From assembly GCA_964590575.1 (NCBI GenBank), contig CAZPWM010000011.1, forward strand, positions 25,218 to 53,965: a stretch of DNA of 28,748 nt. The letters are read 5' to 3'. A model generated the notes under the pieces. It made no database searches. It was not told the DNA's origin and was given only the letters and a program-made list of their open reading frames with translations. This DNA comes from an uncultured archaeon (lineage in GTDB: Archaea; Asgardarchaeota; Thorarchaeia; Thorarchaeales; Thorarchaeaceae). Positions 7,901 through 17,918 of this stretch are shown in pieces. A program made the translations under genes and the position numbers. Positions within the stretch are counted from its first letter, which is position 1, and the number at the start of each line of letters is the position of its first letter.

Positions 7901-8797
7901 TTACGAAAACAGATCGTGTAGCTTAATCTGATACTCTCCAAGTTTCCCACCATAGTTTCCTGCAGTCATCTTGGTGATTCCAGGGTGTCTGCAGACTTCT
8001 TCTATAGCCACTTTCATGGCAGTTGCAACTGCAGATTCAGTCAGGCCATTGATGACAATCTCTTGAACAAACTCGCTACCCCTTGGGATGAGTGTATTGG
8101 GTACAAGAGCACGCAGAGTTGGACAGAATTTCTCATTGGTAGATGCAAACAAGACCTTGTATTTTGATGAGGGTTTTGAACCTGATCCTACGAGACCTCC
8201 AGGGAATGGTGTATAGGCTCCTTCGACCTTCTCGATTTCCTTCACAGCAGCTATTCCACTGTTCATACCACTTTCAACGTCCTCACAGCAGTAGATGATG
8301 TTCCCACCAGCGACTCCCTTCACACGTCCGAACATGTTTTGCATCACACAGGTCCCGCTCATTCGTGGAATGAACCAAAGAACCCGCCCTTCAATTGGTC
8401 CTTTCTTCGTTTGAAATCCATCACCAAACATGGCAATTTTCTTGCCAATCTCATACAGGTCTTTCGCCTTTGGAGTGTCGTCATAAGCTGAGGCCGTCGG
8501 ACTCGTAAGAACACATTGCCCAAGTCTAGCTAGAAGCTGTGGCTCGAGCGCCTTTTTCGACCCTACAGCAAAAATCACTCGCACACCAGGACGGCCATCT
8601 GGAGTATCGTCTGGTGACATGATATATTCAATCCCAGCTTCTGCAGGAGCCATGATCACAGAGGTACCGAAACCTGTAGCCTCTGTAGCGGTAATCCTTG
8701 CCCATTCTTCACTGTAAGCTGTGATTATTGTACGATTCATATGCATGCCAAAGGCTTCTGCAAATGTGTCTTCGATTGGGACTCCATTTATCTCCAT
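7901..8797 (-). CDS. ftr: Formylmethanofuran:tetrahydromethanopterin formyltransferase
   Basis: MEINGVPIEDTFAEAF N-terminus; TPDGRPG, GQCVLT and AGNYGGKLG. Confidence 0.96.
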   Translation of the reverse strand: MEINGVPIEDTFAEAFGMHMNRTIITAYSEEWARITATEATGFGTSVIMAPAEAGIEYIMSPDDTPDGRPGVRVIFAVGSKKALEPQLLARLGQCVLTSPTASAYDDTPKAKDLYEIGKKIAMFGDGFQTKKGPIEGRVLWFIPRMSGTCVMQNMFGRVKGVAGGNIIYCCEDVESGMNSGIAAVKEIEKVEGAYTPFPGGLVGSGSKPSSKYKVLFASTNEKFCPTLRALVPNTLIPRGSEFVQEIVINGLTESAVATAMKVAIEEVCRHPGITKMTAGNYGGKLGEYQIKLHDLFS

Positions 8798-8923
8798 TTC
8801 ACTCCACCTGCTGAGTGAAAAATCCAAGACAATGGCACCTTTTCTCTTTTCCGTCAGACTTGATTACTGCAAAAGGTTTTATCAGTGGGATAAACATCAC
8901 AGAAATTCTAGGTGGTTGGGCTC

Positions 8924-9778
8924 ATGACAGTGATTTTGTCACTTAGAAAGACACCCGATATCCCTCTTGAGGCGGACACAATAACACCTACCCACTTTGT
9001 GGGTAAAAGGGTGAAAGAGATTGAAGATATCCCTGTACAACAGGGCAATGAAGTCCTGAAACTCAAGGACTTCTTTGACATCAGTGGAGAGAGTGGACCA
9101 ACTCCAGATGAAACCGAGATTCTTGTCAAAGGAGACCTCAGAAGGGTAAAGATGATTGGAAAAGGGATGAACGGTGGTGTGGTCATCGTTGAAGGAGATA
9201 CAGGAATGTATCTTGGTGCAGAGATGATTGCAGGCCGCATTCATGTCAAAGGTTCTGTAGGACCCTGGGCTGCTGCTGAGATGGAGGGAGGCAACATCCA
9301 GATAGAAGGGGATGCCGGAGACTACCTCTGTGCGGGATATCGCGGAACGACTGATGGAATGAGAGGCGGACGCGTCTATGTGGCAGGTAATGTAGGTCGA
9401 GAGATGGCTGCGCACATGCGAAAAGGGTTCGTTGCAGTGAAAGGAAACGTGGAATCCCAATCTGCGATTCGGATGATGGGAGGCACTATCATTGTCGTTG
9501 GGGATATGGCTGAACGTGTCGGTGTCCAAGCGACAAAAGGGATGGTCATCTGTCTTGGAAAGATGGATTCTCTGTTTCCAACCTACAAGTTCAGTGGTAG
9601 TTCTGAGAGAGAGTTCATCAACTACTATCTTCGATACTTGAAAAAACATAGACCTGATTTCATTTCTGAGGATATCGATACCTCAGAAAAATGGGTCAAA
9701 TACTTGGGAGACTTTGCGGAAGCAAGTCCAGGAGAAGAGATTTTTGTTCGTGCTTCAAAAAATCAGCATTTAATTTGA
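8924..9778 (+). CDS. fwdC: Formylmethanofuran dehydrogenase subunit C
   Basis: GXXM-X-GG beta-helix repeats; LKDFFDISG; YRG...GMRGG. Confidence 0.92.
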   Translation: MTVILSLRKTPDIPLEADTITPTHFVGKRVKEIEDIPVQQGNEVLKLKDFFDISGESGPTPDETEILVKGDLRRVKMIGKGMNGGVVIVEGDTGMYLGAEMIAGRIHVKGSVGPWAAAEMEGGNIQIEGDAGDYLCAGYRGTTDGMRGGRVYVAGNVGREMAAHMRKGFVAVKGNVESQSAIRMMGGTIIVVGDMAERVGVQATKGMVICLGKMDSLFPTYKFSGSSEREFINYYLRYLKKHRPDFISEDIDTSEKWVKYLGDFAEASPGEEIFVRASKNQHLI

Positions 9779-9789
9779 GGTGAAAGAAA

Positions 9790-10749
9790 ACGAAACTAAG
9801 TGTAAATGAAGGCGCAATTGAGATTACCAAGGACATTATGAATCAAAAGGATGAGCTAGACTGTACTGTTAATGAATTGGGAAACGGTACGACAGTTATT
9901 GATGCAGGTATTGAGGTGGCTGGTGGAGAAGAACTCGGAAGACTTGTGGGTGAGATATGTCTTGGAGGTCTAGGTGTGGTCCGACATACCAAGATGCACA
10001 TTGGAAACATGGATCTTCCAGCTGTTGTTGTCAGTACTGACCATCCAAAAATAGCATGTATGGCATCACAATATGCAGGTTGGACTATCAATGTTGACAA
10101 GTACTTTGCAATGGGATCAGGCCCTGCAAGAGCACTTGCTCGTGTTGAGAAGAAACTCTATGCACACCTTGGTTACGAGGATGATGCAAAAGTTGGTGTG
10201 ATATTACTTGAAACAAGAGAAGTGCCTTCAGAAGAAGTTACACAGTATATTGCAGACAAATGCAAAATTGCAACATCCGACCTCTATTGTATTCTAGCTC
10301 CTACTGCATGTGTTGTAGGTTCTGTGCAGGTTTCAGCGAGAGTCGTTGAAGTGGGGATGCACAAGCTACATGAGGTCGGGTTTGACCTTGACAGAGTCAG
10401 GTCGGGATATGGTGTGGCCCCTGTTGCGCCTGTGGCAAAGAAAGACACTAGAGCGATGGGTATTACGAATGACTGTATCCTGTACGGAGGTCGGACCTTC
10501 TACTTTGTCCGTTCTGATGATAAGGACTTAGAAGATGTCATTAAGAAGGTTCCATCGTCTTCGTCTGAACAATATGGTCAGCCATTCTATGACTTGTTCA
10601 AGAGTGTGGGGAACGACTTCTACAAGGTGGACCCGCTTCTGTTCAGCCCAGCAGAGATTACATTCAATCATATTGAGAGTGGTAAGACATACCACGCAGG
10701 CAAGCTGAATCCAGAGGTTCTCAAACAATCACTAGAGAGTGCAAAGTAG
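9790..10749 (+). CDS. mch: Methenyltetrahydromethanopterin cyclohydrolase (probable ACG start at 9790; first ATG at 9838)
   Basis: LSVNE N-terminal motif, SQYAGW, FAMGSGPARAL, TNDCILYGG, FYKVDPLLFSPA. Confidence 0.95.
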   Translation, partial: TKLSVNEGAIEITKDIMNQKDELDCTVNELGNGTTVIDAGIEVAGGEELGRLVGEICLGGLGVVRHTKMHIGNMDLPAVVVSTDHPKIACMASQYAGWTINVDKYFAMGSGPARALARVEKKLYAHLGYEDDAKVGVILLETREVPSEEVTQYIADKCKIATSDLYCILAPTACVVGSVQVSARVVEVGMHKLHEVGFDLDRVRSGYGVAPVAPVAKKDTRAMGITNDCILYGGRTFYFVRSDDKDLEDVIKKVPSSSSEQYGQPFYDLFKSVGNDFYKVDPLLFSPAEITFNHIESGKTYHAGKLNPEVLKQSLESAK

Positions 10750-10754
10750 AGGCT

Positions 10755-12272
10755 TTAAGTAACCTCCATCTCTTGGACTTCTTCTTGTTCCACTTCAGTA
10801 GCGGGAATGATTTCATCGGCTTTCGGTATTGGATTATTGAAGGCTGCCCGTATCATCACTACTGCTGCTAGAGATATCACTGCACATATGATGAATGTCA
10901 GCAAGAAACCCCCAGTGACTGGAATAAACCATCCAAAGAATGCAATGAGTGGCATTGATACCAACATGACTAGTGTAGGTTGTAGAGAGTACATAGAATT
11001 ACGAATGCGATTAGGAATGACATCTAGCATCACTCTTTGCGTAAGGATGTCTGCAATCGCTCCAAACATGTTAAGACCCACAAATAGGAAGAACAGGAGA
11101 ATCACTGGGATTACTGTCTGAACAGGTATCTCAATCAATGGAAGATTAGTGAAGGGAATAAGCACTGTGAAGAGCTCTATGGTTTCCGGATCGGTGCCTG
11201 GGGGTATCCCAGGGAAGAGATATACTATCACAGCAAGCACCAAGTAAAAGATGACTCCAGTGAACTGTAATAGCCTGAAACGTGGAATCCACTTCTTCGG
11301 TTCAAACCTCTTTGCTAAAACACCACTTCTTTCATTAGCTAAGGCTTGTGGGACAAAGACAATTGTCCTGAAGGCACTAACTGCAACCAACGTGAGAAGG
11401 AAACTGAAGTAGAGGGGGAATAAGATCAAATTCCACCAAACAGGCCCGATACTCCACATCACGACCTCACCAAATATGAGCAGCGTGACAAACTTGCTAG
11501 AGAAGAGGAATCTGAAACCATCTTTGAGAAGAGACCCATATTCTCCAAGAGATGGACGTTCCTCCTTTTCATCCTTAACACCTGGCAGGTCCTTCACAAT
11601 TCTAAACACGATGATAGCTAAGAAAACCGCAAGGACAGCCTGTAAACTGAAGACCCATGTTTCACCATAAAAGAATGCAAGCCAAGACCCTGGAAGCAAT
11701 ACTAAGGTAGATGAAACCTGCCAAACCATTCCAAGCCTTCCTTGGAACACACCGTACTGTTTGCGGTCCTTGTCATGAGGCATTGCCACACGATAGTTAT
11801 TGTCGAACCATGCGTTGAAGGCCCCACTCTCTTGTGACGACCCAAGTCCAAAGAGAACATAGATAGAAACGTAAAGCCACATTGGTGCAGGTGTATCCTT
11901 CACAATCAATGATGACAGTCCGAACGCGACTGCGTAGCATAGAAGGGCTGAGGATATCACATATCGTTGTCCTATCCAGTCTCCTAGAGCGCCTGTGGGA
12001 TAGTCGAGACTAGTCTGGATTGCCATCTGAATGACCACGAGAAACCCAACGATTGTCAGTCCTGCAAAATAGTCACCGTTGCCCAGAGACTCAGCAATGT
12101 AGATCATCCAGAATGTTGTGCTTATCTGAAAGCTTGCTGCAAAAGCTGGAAGGAGTACGGATAGAATCTTTACTAAACGGACCACGTTCTCGGTCGGTTC
12201 TGCAATGCCAAAGATTCTGGCATACCTGCTTGATATAACTGCAGGTTCTTCTTGCTCACATTCCACAGCCAT
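10755..12272 (-). CDS. MFS transporter
   Basis: DYPTGALGDWIGQR (motif A-like); roughly 12 hydrophobic segments. Confidence 0.88.
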   Translation of the reverse strand: MAVECEQEEPAVISSRYARIFGIAEPTENVVRLVKILSVLLPAFAASFQISTTFWMIYIAESLGNGDYFAGLTIVGFLVVIQMAIQTSLDYPTGALGDWIGQRYVISSALLCYAVAFGLSSLIVKDTPAPMWLYVSIYVLFGLGSSQESGAFNAWFDNNYRVAMPHDKDRKQYGVFQGRLGMVWQVSSTLVLLPGSWLAFFYGETWVFSLQAVLAVFLAIIVFRIVKDLPGVKDEKEERPSLGEYGSLLKDGFRFLFSSKFVTLLIFGEVVMWSIGPVWWNLILFPLYFSFLLTLVAVSAFRTIVFVPQALANERSGVLAKRFEPKKWIPRFRLLQFTGVIFYLVLAVIVYLFPGIPPGTDPETIELFTVLIPFTNLPLIEIPVQTVIPVILLFFLFVGLNMFGAIADILTQRVMLDVIPNRIRNSMYSLQPTLVMLVSMPLIAFFGWFIPVTGGFLLTFIICAVISLAAVVMIRAAFNNPIPKADEIIPATEVEQEEVQEMEVT

Positions 12273-12370
12273 AACCTCGACTGACAGTCACTCCATATAG
12301 AGGTTCATACATAAGCAAAATCATGCACTTTATCAAGCGTTCACTAAGCATAAGCGAGCGGCAACGTATC

Positions 12371-12649
12371 ATGAAAGTCACATTGCGATTCAGAGGTCCT
12401 CTAGCCAAGAAATTTCAAGAAGGGGCAATTGAGGTTGAGCTCGGAAACGGCGCTAGCCTATCAGATTTGTTGAGTAAGGTGATTGGAATTGAGGAAAGCG
12501 TCAGAGAAGTCTGGTATAGTCCTGAGATTGTTGATCGTGATGCATTGGTTCTGTGTAATGAGATAGATATCGGTCTCAGTGGAGGACTTGCAACTAAACT
12601 GAGTGAAGGAGATGTTGTTGTGGTCCTGCCATTAATTCATGGGGGCTAG
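12371..12649 (+). CDS. MoaD/ThiS/SAMP-like beta-grasp protein
   Basis: 92 aa; ends LSEGDVVVVLPLIHGG with C-terminal di-glycine. Confidence 0.88.
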   Translation: MKVTLRFRGPLAKKFQEGAIEVELGNGASLSDLLSKVIGIEESVREVWYSPEIVDRDALVLCNEIDIGLSGGLATKLSEGDVVVVLPLIHGG

Positions 12650-13170
12650 ACGAAATCAGCTCCGGCCCGTATAGCTTTGAGATCTATATCTATGGCTTTC
12701 GCGCTAATCATATCAGCAACTGCTTTTTCGAGAGTTTCAAGTGGGAATAAACCAGACAGTTTCACAAGTGCACCCAACATCACCATATTGGAAACAAGTC
12801 GTAGACCTAACTCATCGGCAATCTTCATTGCTGGAACCTCAACGATATCAAAGCCCTTGATGTTCTTGGTACTGACAAGGTCCGGGTCGACTATGATAAC
12901 ACTATTTTTCTTTGCACCAGAGAGATACATATCGAGTGCCTTCTGTGACATCACGATGAAATAATCAGACTCTCTGACCTTTGGGTACTTTATCGGTTGG
13001 TCACTCACAATCACTTCGCTCTTTGCTGCGGTACCCCTAGCCTCTGAACCATAGCTCTGGCTTTGTACAGCCTCGAGCCCTCCATAAACAGCAGCAGCGT
13101 GACCAAGAATAACACCAGCTAGAACGACACCCATTCCACCAGTGCCAGCGATTCGAATCTCTGTCTTCAT
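12646..13170 (-). CDS. 2-oxoacid:ferredoxin oxidoreductase gamma subunit
   Basis: EIRIAGTGGMGVV, SYGSEARG and NMVMLGA. Confidence 0.92.
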   Translation of the reverse strand: MKTEIRIAGTGGMGVVLAGVILGHAAAVYGGLEAVQSQSYGSEARGTAAKSEVIVSDQPIKYPKVRESDYFIVMSQKALDMYLSGAKKNSVIIVDPDLVSTKNIKGFDIVEVPAMKIADELGLRLVSNMVMLGALVKLSGLFPLETLEKAVADMISAKAIDIDLKAIRAGADFV

Positions 13171-13176
13171 TAAGGG

Positions 13177-14004
13177 CTACTCCTTTAGATTGCCGAGTAC
13201 TGAACGTAACATTTCAGTGAACGGAGGTTCGTGTCTATCAGCAAAGACTCCCAAATCCATTCCATCTTTCGTTGGAGTTTTCTGGTCAGTTGGCGCTCCT
13301 TTCTTTCGAACTGGTAGCTTCTTGAACCACTGCAGCATTTCAGGAGGCTCTCCTGCGCGTGTTCGTCTACCGTAAGCTGTTGGACATTGTGATATCATCT
13401 CGATGAAGGAGAATCCTTCTCGTTCAAGAGCAGTCCGTATAGATCGAGCAGCTTGGATTGGATGAGCGGTTGTCCATCGTGCAACATAGTTAGCACCGGC
13501 TGCTGTGACAAGTCTTGCTAAGTCAAACGGACGCTCGGGGTTACCATAGGGTGAGGTAGTGGTACGATCCCCGGTGAAAGTCGTGGGTCCAACTTGACCC
13601 CCTGTCATACCATAGATGTAGTTGTTCACACAAATTACAGTCATATCCATATTACGTCGTGCAGCATGAATTAAGTGGTTTCCACCTATAGCAGCGAGGT
13701 CTCCATCACCACTTATCACCACAACCTTCAGTTCAGGACGAGCCAGTTTCAAGCCTGTCGCAAATGCAATTGCACGACCATGAGTAGTGTGGAGTGTGTC
13801 TGCCTGATAGTGTGGCGAGGGAATCCATGCACTGCAACCGATTCCAGAAACAAATGCGAACCCAGTGAGGTCTTCATGGCCTGAGTCTTTAGCCGCCTTT
13901 AGAAACGCATTACTTACTTCTCCTGCACCACATCCTGGACAAAATGGGCTGGGAAGACTCTCTTCACGAAGATATTGCCTTGCAAAGTGCTTCTGAGTGA
14001 CCAC
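13177..14004 (-). CDS. 2-oxoacid:ferredoxin oxidoreductase beta subunit (TPP-binding)
   Basis: FCPGCG, SGIGCS, GDGD...NNYIYGMTGGQ; GTG at 14004 is the likely start. Confidence 0.92.
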   Translation of the reverse strand: MVTQKHFARQYLREESLPSPFCPGCGAGEVSNAFLKAAKDSGHEDLTGFAFVSGIGCSAWIPSPHYQADTLHTTHGRAIAFATGLKLARPELKVVVISGDGDLAAIGGNHLIHAARRNMDMTVICVNNYIYGMTGGQVGPTTFTGDRTTTSPYGNPERPFDLARLVTAAGANYVARWTTAHPIQAARSIRTALEREGFSFIEMISQCPTAYGRRTRAGEPPEMLQWFKKLPVRKKGAPTDQKTPTKDGMDLGVFADRHEPPFTEMLRSVLGNLKE

Positions 14005-14172
14005 CGGATCAACACCTACTCCAGCTGCTGTTTGAGAGACTAATAACCCATTCTCTAGGGCATGAACTATATCAAAATGTAACAACAGGACCTCCTGTAT
14101 TGAAACAGGAAATACAGGACTAATCATCTTAATTCGGGGAGGAACAGAGTATATTTTCATCTAATGCTTGAC

Positions 14173-14463
14173 TCACCATCCGCCCTCTTCGCTTCCGAAG
14201 ATAGTAAGAATAAAATACATCATAATAGTAAATAAACCGATAATGACAGCAAACCCAAGGAGGAAGATTCGAGCAGCTTCTCTATCCGCAAACCATGTGT
14301 GCGAGAACGCTTCTGTCCAGTCGCCTCCATTCACCCAAAGTATTATTGCATCCAGGATAAAGGGGACACTTACAAACACAATGAGTAGGAGAATAACATA
14401 GTACGTTCGTTTCAGCCATTTACGGACGATTATCTTCTCTTCTGCTCTCGCCGCATCTGTCAA
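14173..14463 (-). CDS. Small two-TM hypothetical protein
   Basis: 96-aa ORF with two hydrophobic helices. Confidence 0.65.
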   Translation of the reverse strand: MTDAARAEEKIIVRKWLKRTYYVILLLIVFVSVPFILDAIILWVNGGDWTEAFSHTWFADREAARIFLLGFAVIIGLFTIMMYFILTIFGSEEGGW

Positions 14464-14618
14464 AGCGCTGGTCTCCCGATTTGTAGAGGATAAGTTCCTG
14501 CTTTTGTCTGTTACTCTCTGCGCTAACAGAATTGCTTTGGGAGGATTCTTTAAATCTCCTTTGAACCGATAAAAAAGCTACTTGAAGAGGTCTTCACCGA
14601 ATCTATTAGGGATGAATC

Positions 14619-15374
14619 ATGATCGAAATGATGGTGTCGCTGGCATTGACAGGTGCGATTGTTCTTATCTCAGCCTTTGGTAGGCTCAGGTATTTCGGGA
14701 AGTATTGGACTCTGAAGAGGACTTTGGAGGGCTCCTTTGATGTCAGCGACGTAGACATCTCAGGGAAAACTGAGTATGCAAACTGCTTCTCTCAGCAATG
14801 GGTTATCGAGAATATGACAAGAACAAAACATGGCCGCATAGGAGGTTGGTTTCAACGTCAAATGATGTATAGTACTCTCATGACTATTATCTGGTTTGGT
14901 ATTTTGTTAGGCTCGATTGGATTACTCTTCGGGTTGTTCATTGTTTCTGCATTACTGCTGGTGGGCGGAGCCTTACTCATATTCTTCTTTGGATCCTTAA
15001 TTGCTATGGGCCCAGGTGGTCCAAAGTACTCAGAGGAGTTGCTGCTAGCCCTGACAGCACTCAATCAAGATGAGTACCAAATAGGCGACTATGCATTCCT
15101 CCGTGTGGCACTGAAGTCTGTTACCCTTTGGACAACTATATCGTTCATTATTGGCGGTACATTCTTAGTAAGTGCGCCCTATGGCACCTTGCTATTCGAT
15201 TTGATAGGTGATGCATTTCTTGCATTTGGCGATGCTCTTCTGTGGGGACCAATGTTCGTTCTTTTTGGAGTGTGGCCACCCTTAGGTATACTCTACGTCA
15301 GCTTGGTGACTCCCTTCATCTTCCTAATTATCCCACTCATCTTCTATATCATGTATAGGCGTCTAAGGTATTAA
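14619..15374 (+). CDS. Hypothetical multi-pass membrane protein
   Basis: 251-aa hydrophobic ORF. Confidence 0.7.
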   Translation: MIEMMVSLALTGAIVLISAFGRLRYFGKYWTLKRTLEGSFDVSDVDISGKTEYANCFSQQWVIENMTRTKHGRIGGWFQRQMMYSTLMTIIWFGILLGSIGLLFGLFIVSALLLVGGALLIFFFGSLIAMGPGGPKYSEELLLALTALNQDEYQIGDYAFLRVALKSVTLWTTISFIIGGTFLVSAPYGTLLFDLIGDAFLAFGDALLWGPMFVLFGVWPPLGILYVSLVTPFIFLIIPLIFYIMYRRLRY

Positions 15375-15444
15375 TTACCAGAAGATACTATGTTAAACAA
15401 GAGTAGGAAGCCTAACAGGAGCCATGAACGAACTTCTATTAATA

Positions 15445-16134
15445 TCATTCAGAGATTGTGACCATATGTGGAGATTCTTCAGGTTTGCCCCTTGTTTCTC
15501 TATTATACCATGGATTAGCAAACGCAATTGCTGTTAGAATCATTGAGATTGTAAGCAATACATCGGGAATATAGAATAGAGATGTAGTAAGAAGAGGTAC
15601 ACGAAGAGTCTGACTGGCCATACCAAATAAGACTGACACAATCATAAAGTCACTTCTTACTTCTTTCAGACGACCAGTTCTCCATGTTATAATGAATGTG
15701 AACATCATCATGATTCCCAAGACGAGTAATACCGGAATTAACAGTGTCATGATCAATTGCTCAGCTGGTCCGACAAAATCAATTACTAGCCAATACAATG
15801 CTAGGAGATAGACGAGCCGGTTGTGATATCTCTGGATAGAAGGAGCCCAGATTTGGAGAATCGCACCGAAGATTGGGATGATTGAACCACCAATCGCTAC
15901 TGTACGAATTCGGAAAAATATCATCGACATTTCAAGCAACCCAATATGTTGCAACGTGACTATCGTGATGTTGAATGCTTGACTCACAAACGCGATTGCA
16001 AAGACCAGAGGAAGGTCGGTAAGAAGCCGTGCTTCTTGAGCGAGCCATTTCCGAGCCAAATATGTACCAATTACTGCGGAGATGAACACTGTAGCCATGC
16101 TTGAGATCAATACTAGTTCTGTACCAATTTGCAT
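15445..16134 (-). CDS. Hypothetical ~7-TM membrane protein
   Basis: 229-aa ORF with about seven hydrophobic helices, 2 bp downstream of the CPBP gene. Confidence 0.72.
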   Translation of the reverse strand: MQIGTELVLISSMATVFISAVIGTYLARKWLAQEARLLTDLPLVFAIAFVSQAFNITIVTLQHIGLLEMSMIFFRIRTVAIGGSIIPIFGAILQIWAPSIQRYHNRLVYLLALYWLVIDFVGPAEQLIMTLLIPVLLVLGIMMMFTFIITWRTGRLKEVRSDFMIVSVLFGMASQTLRVPLLTTSLFYIPDVLLTISMILTAIAFANPWYNRETRGKPEESPHMVTISE

Positions 16135-16136
16135 TT

Positions 16137-17111
16137 TTAGACCTCATTATCGTTTTTACTTGTAATAATTTCATTTTCAGAGTGCTTTTGTTCCTCATCA
16201 TTTTCTTTGCCAATCAACCGATGCCACATCCTTGAAACCTGCTCGATTTTGAACTTCCATAAGAACAAGCCTAGAGGAATGAATATCAAGAAGAACATCA
16301 GAAGTGTTGTAGTCATTAGTCCAGAATTTGAAAAGATAAGGTCAGGACCTTGGATTATAGGTTCAGGACCAATCTTGAAACATTCACTGACGTAGTTGAA
16401 CATTGTGTGAATTACTATTGGACCTACAAGCGATTGGCCAGAATTGAATCGTTCATAGTAAACACCCAAGAATATCCCTAGAATCGTTGTGAAAAAGACC
16501 ATCGAGGCAATCTGATTCATGGCATCAGAGCCAGCAGATCCGTTAACGAGAGGCCACCCGGCATGCCAGATGCCAAACACAATTGCAGAAGACAGAATAG
16601 CTCTATTTGGGGTCTGACATGTCTTGAGGGCGTTGATTAATAGACCTCGGAATAGAGTTTCTTCGAGGGCAGCGTTTGTCAGAAAGAAAAATAGCATGTA
16701 TCCTAGTAACTCTTCATTCAGAATATGGAGTTGCAGAGGATAGGTTGGGTCAATGAGGAGACCATACACAATAGTCCCGCCAAAGTCAATACCAAGTGAG
16801 ATTGCCATTCCAATAAAAAGCCCAACTGCCAGTTGAGCTCGAAAGTTCGCTTTTGACAGTCCGAGAACTGAGGCTATTTCTCTTGGGCGATATTTCCAGA
16901 AAAAGCCCAGAATGATTAGGAACGGAAACAACTTTGATGGAAGAATATTCATCCAGGTGTTTCCAAGACCAAGAACAAATTGATCCACCAATCGCCAAAT
17001 TGCAGCGATTGTTAGCATGATTCCTGCTATCCTAAGGAGGCCAACTGATGACCATGCGGATGTTTCTACTTGTTCGGATTCTATTATCTCTTGAACCTGT
17101 GTTGTTGCCAT
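16137..17111 (-). CDS. CPBP (Abi/CAAX type II) intramembrane glutamic protease
   Basis: EETLFRG, FGIWH and HTMFN motifs. Confidence 0.9.
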   Translation of the reverse strand: MATTQVQEIIESEQVETSAWSSVGLLRIAGIMLTIAAIWRLVDQFVLGLGNTWMNILPSKLFPFLIILGFFWKYRPREIASVLGLSKANFRAQLAVGLFIGMAISLGIDFGGTIVYGLLIDPTYPLQLHILNEELLGYMLFFFLTNAALEETLFRGLLINALKTCQTPNRAILSSAIVFGIWHAGWPLVNGSAGSDAMNQIASMVFFTTILGIFLGVYYERFNSGQSLVGPIVIHTMFNYVSECFKIGPEPIIQGPDLIFSNSGLMTTTLLMFFLIFIPLGLFLWKFKIEQVSRMWHRLIGKENDEEQKHSENEIITSKNDNEV

Positions 17112-17381
17112 ATATCTGGCCTCTACTCTGTTATGAACTGCTATGACGTGATTGTTAGCCAATATAAGCCCGTAATGTCACAATCGTTGCCTTGATACTT
17201 GCCGCACTTGAGTTCCGCATTCCATTGGAATACGGGAAGTGGTGACACTGGCAAGAAAAGGGTGGAACACAGGAATTTCTTACAGTTAGATTCACTCACC
17301 AAAATGTAAGATATGGGTTAGTTTAAAACGGCTTGACTGCGCCCTCCATTCTGATTTCAATCACATTAGTGGTGAAACTAT

Positions 17382-17813
17382 ATGTCAGAAGTCGCAGCAA
17401 TGAGAGCCTTCAACCGCGAACTTGCAGCAGTTGTTGGCGCAACAGTTGAAGTAGCAATCAACACTGGCAAGACCTACACAGGAACCTTGAAGGGTATTGA
17501 TCAGACGAGTCTGAGCATTGTCCTCTCTGATGTGGTTACTGATAGTGGAATTAACATCCCGAAGATTTTCATCTATGGGAGTAGCATAATTACATTCTCA
17601 GTTGCAGAGAGAGAGATAAGTCTTGAAGGACTTGTGAAGGAGCTAGAGAAGACATTCCCACCTGGTGGAGTGCAGTTCTATCCTGATACAGGAATAATAC
17701 TCGTCATGAACAAGATTCGTATCTCAAAGGACGGTATTGAGGGTAGTGGCCCTCTCTATGAACGAGTTGCAGTCATTGCAGATGACTGGTTGAAAGAACA
17801 CGGTCTAGCATAG
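17382..17813 (+). CDS. Sm-like archaeal protein with C-terminal domain (SmAP3-type Lsm)
   Basis: Sm1 YTGTLKGID...LSIVLSD, Sm2 IFIYGSSI, plus ~65-aa extension. Confidence 0.85.
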   Translation: MSEVAAMRAFNRELAAVVGATVEVAINTGKTYTGTLKGIDQTSLSIVLSDVVTDSGINIPKIFIYGSSIITFSVAEREISLEGLVKELEKTFPPGGVQFYPDTGIILVMNKIRISKDGIEGSGPLYERVAVIADDWLKEHGLA

Positions 17814-17918
17814 TAGTTGCTATGAACATATGAGCATGTGACCCGAACACACCTATGAGTCAAAACTAGGCATGGTTAGATATCTCGCTGCGACAAAAGC
17901 TCCTGCTGATAATTATGA

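Noticed and set aside
8939-9649. 236-aa antisense ORF within fwdC and other antisense ORFs (e.g. 27595-28143, 18550-18915)
   Set aside because: They lie opposite well-supported genes and have no recognisable motifs
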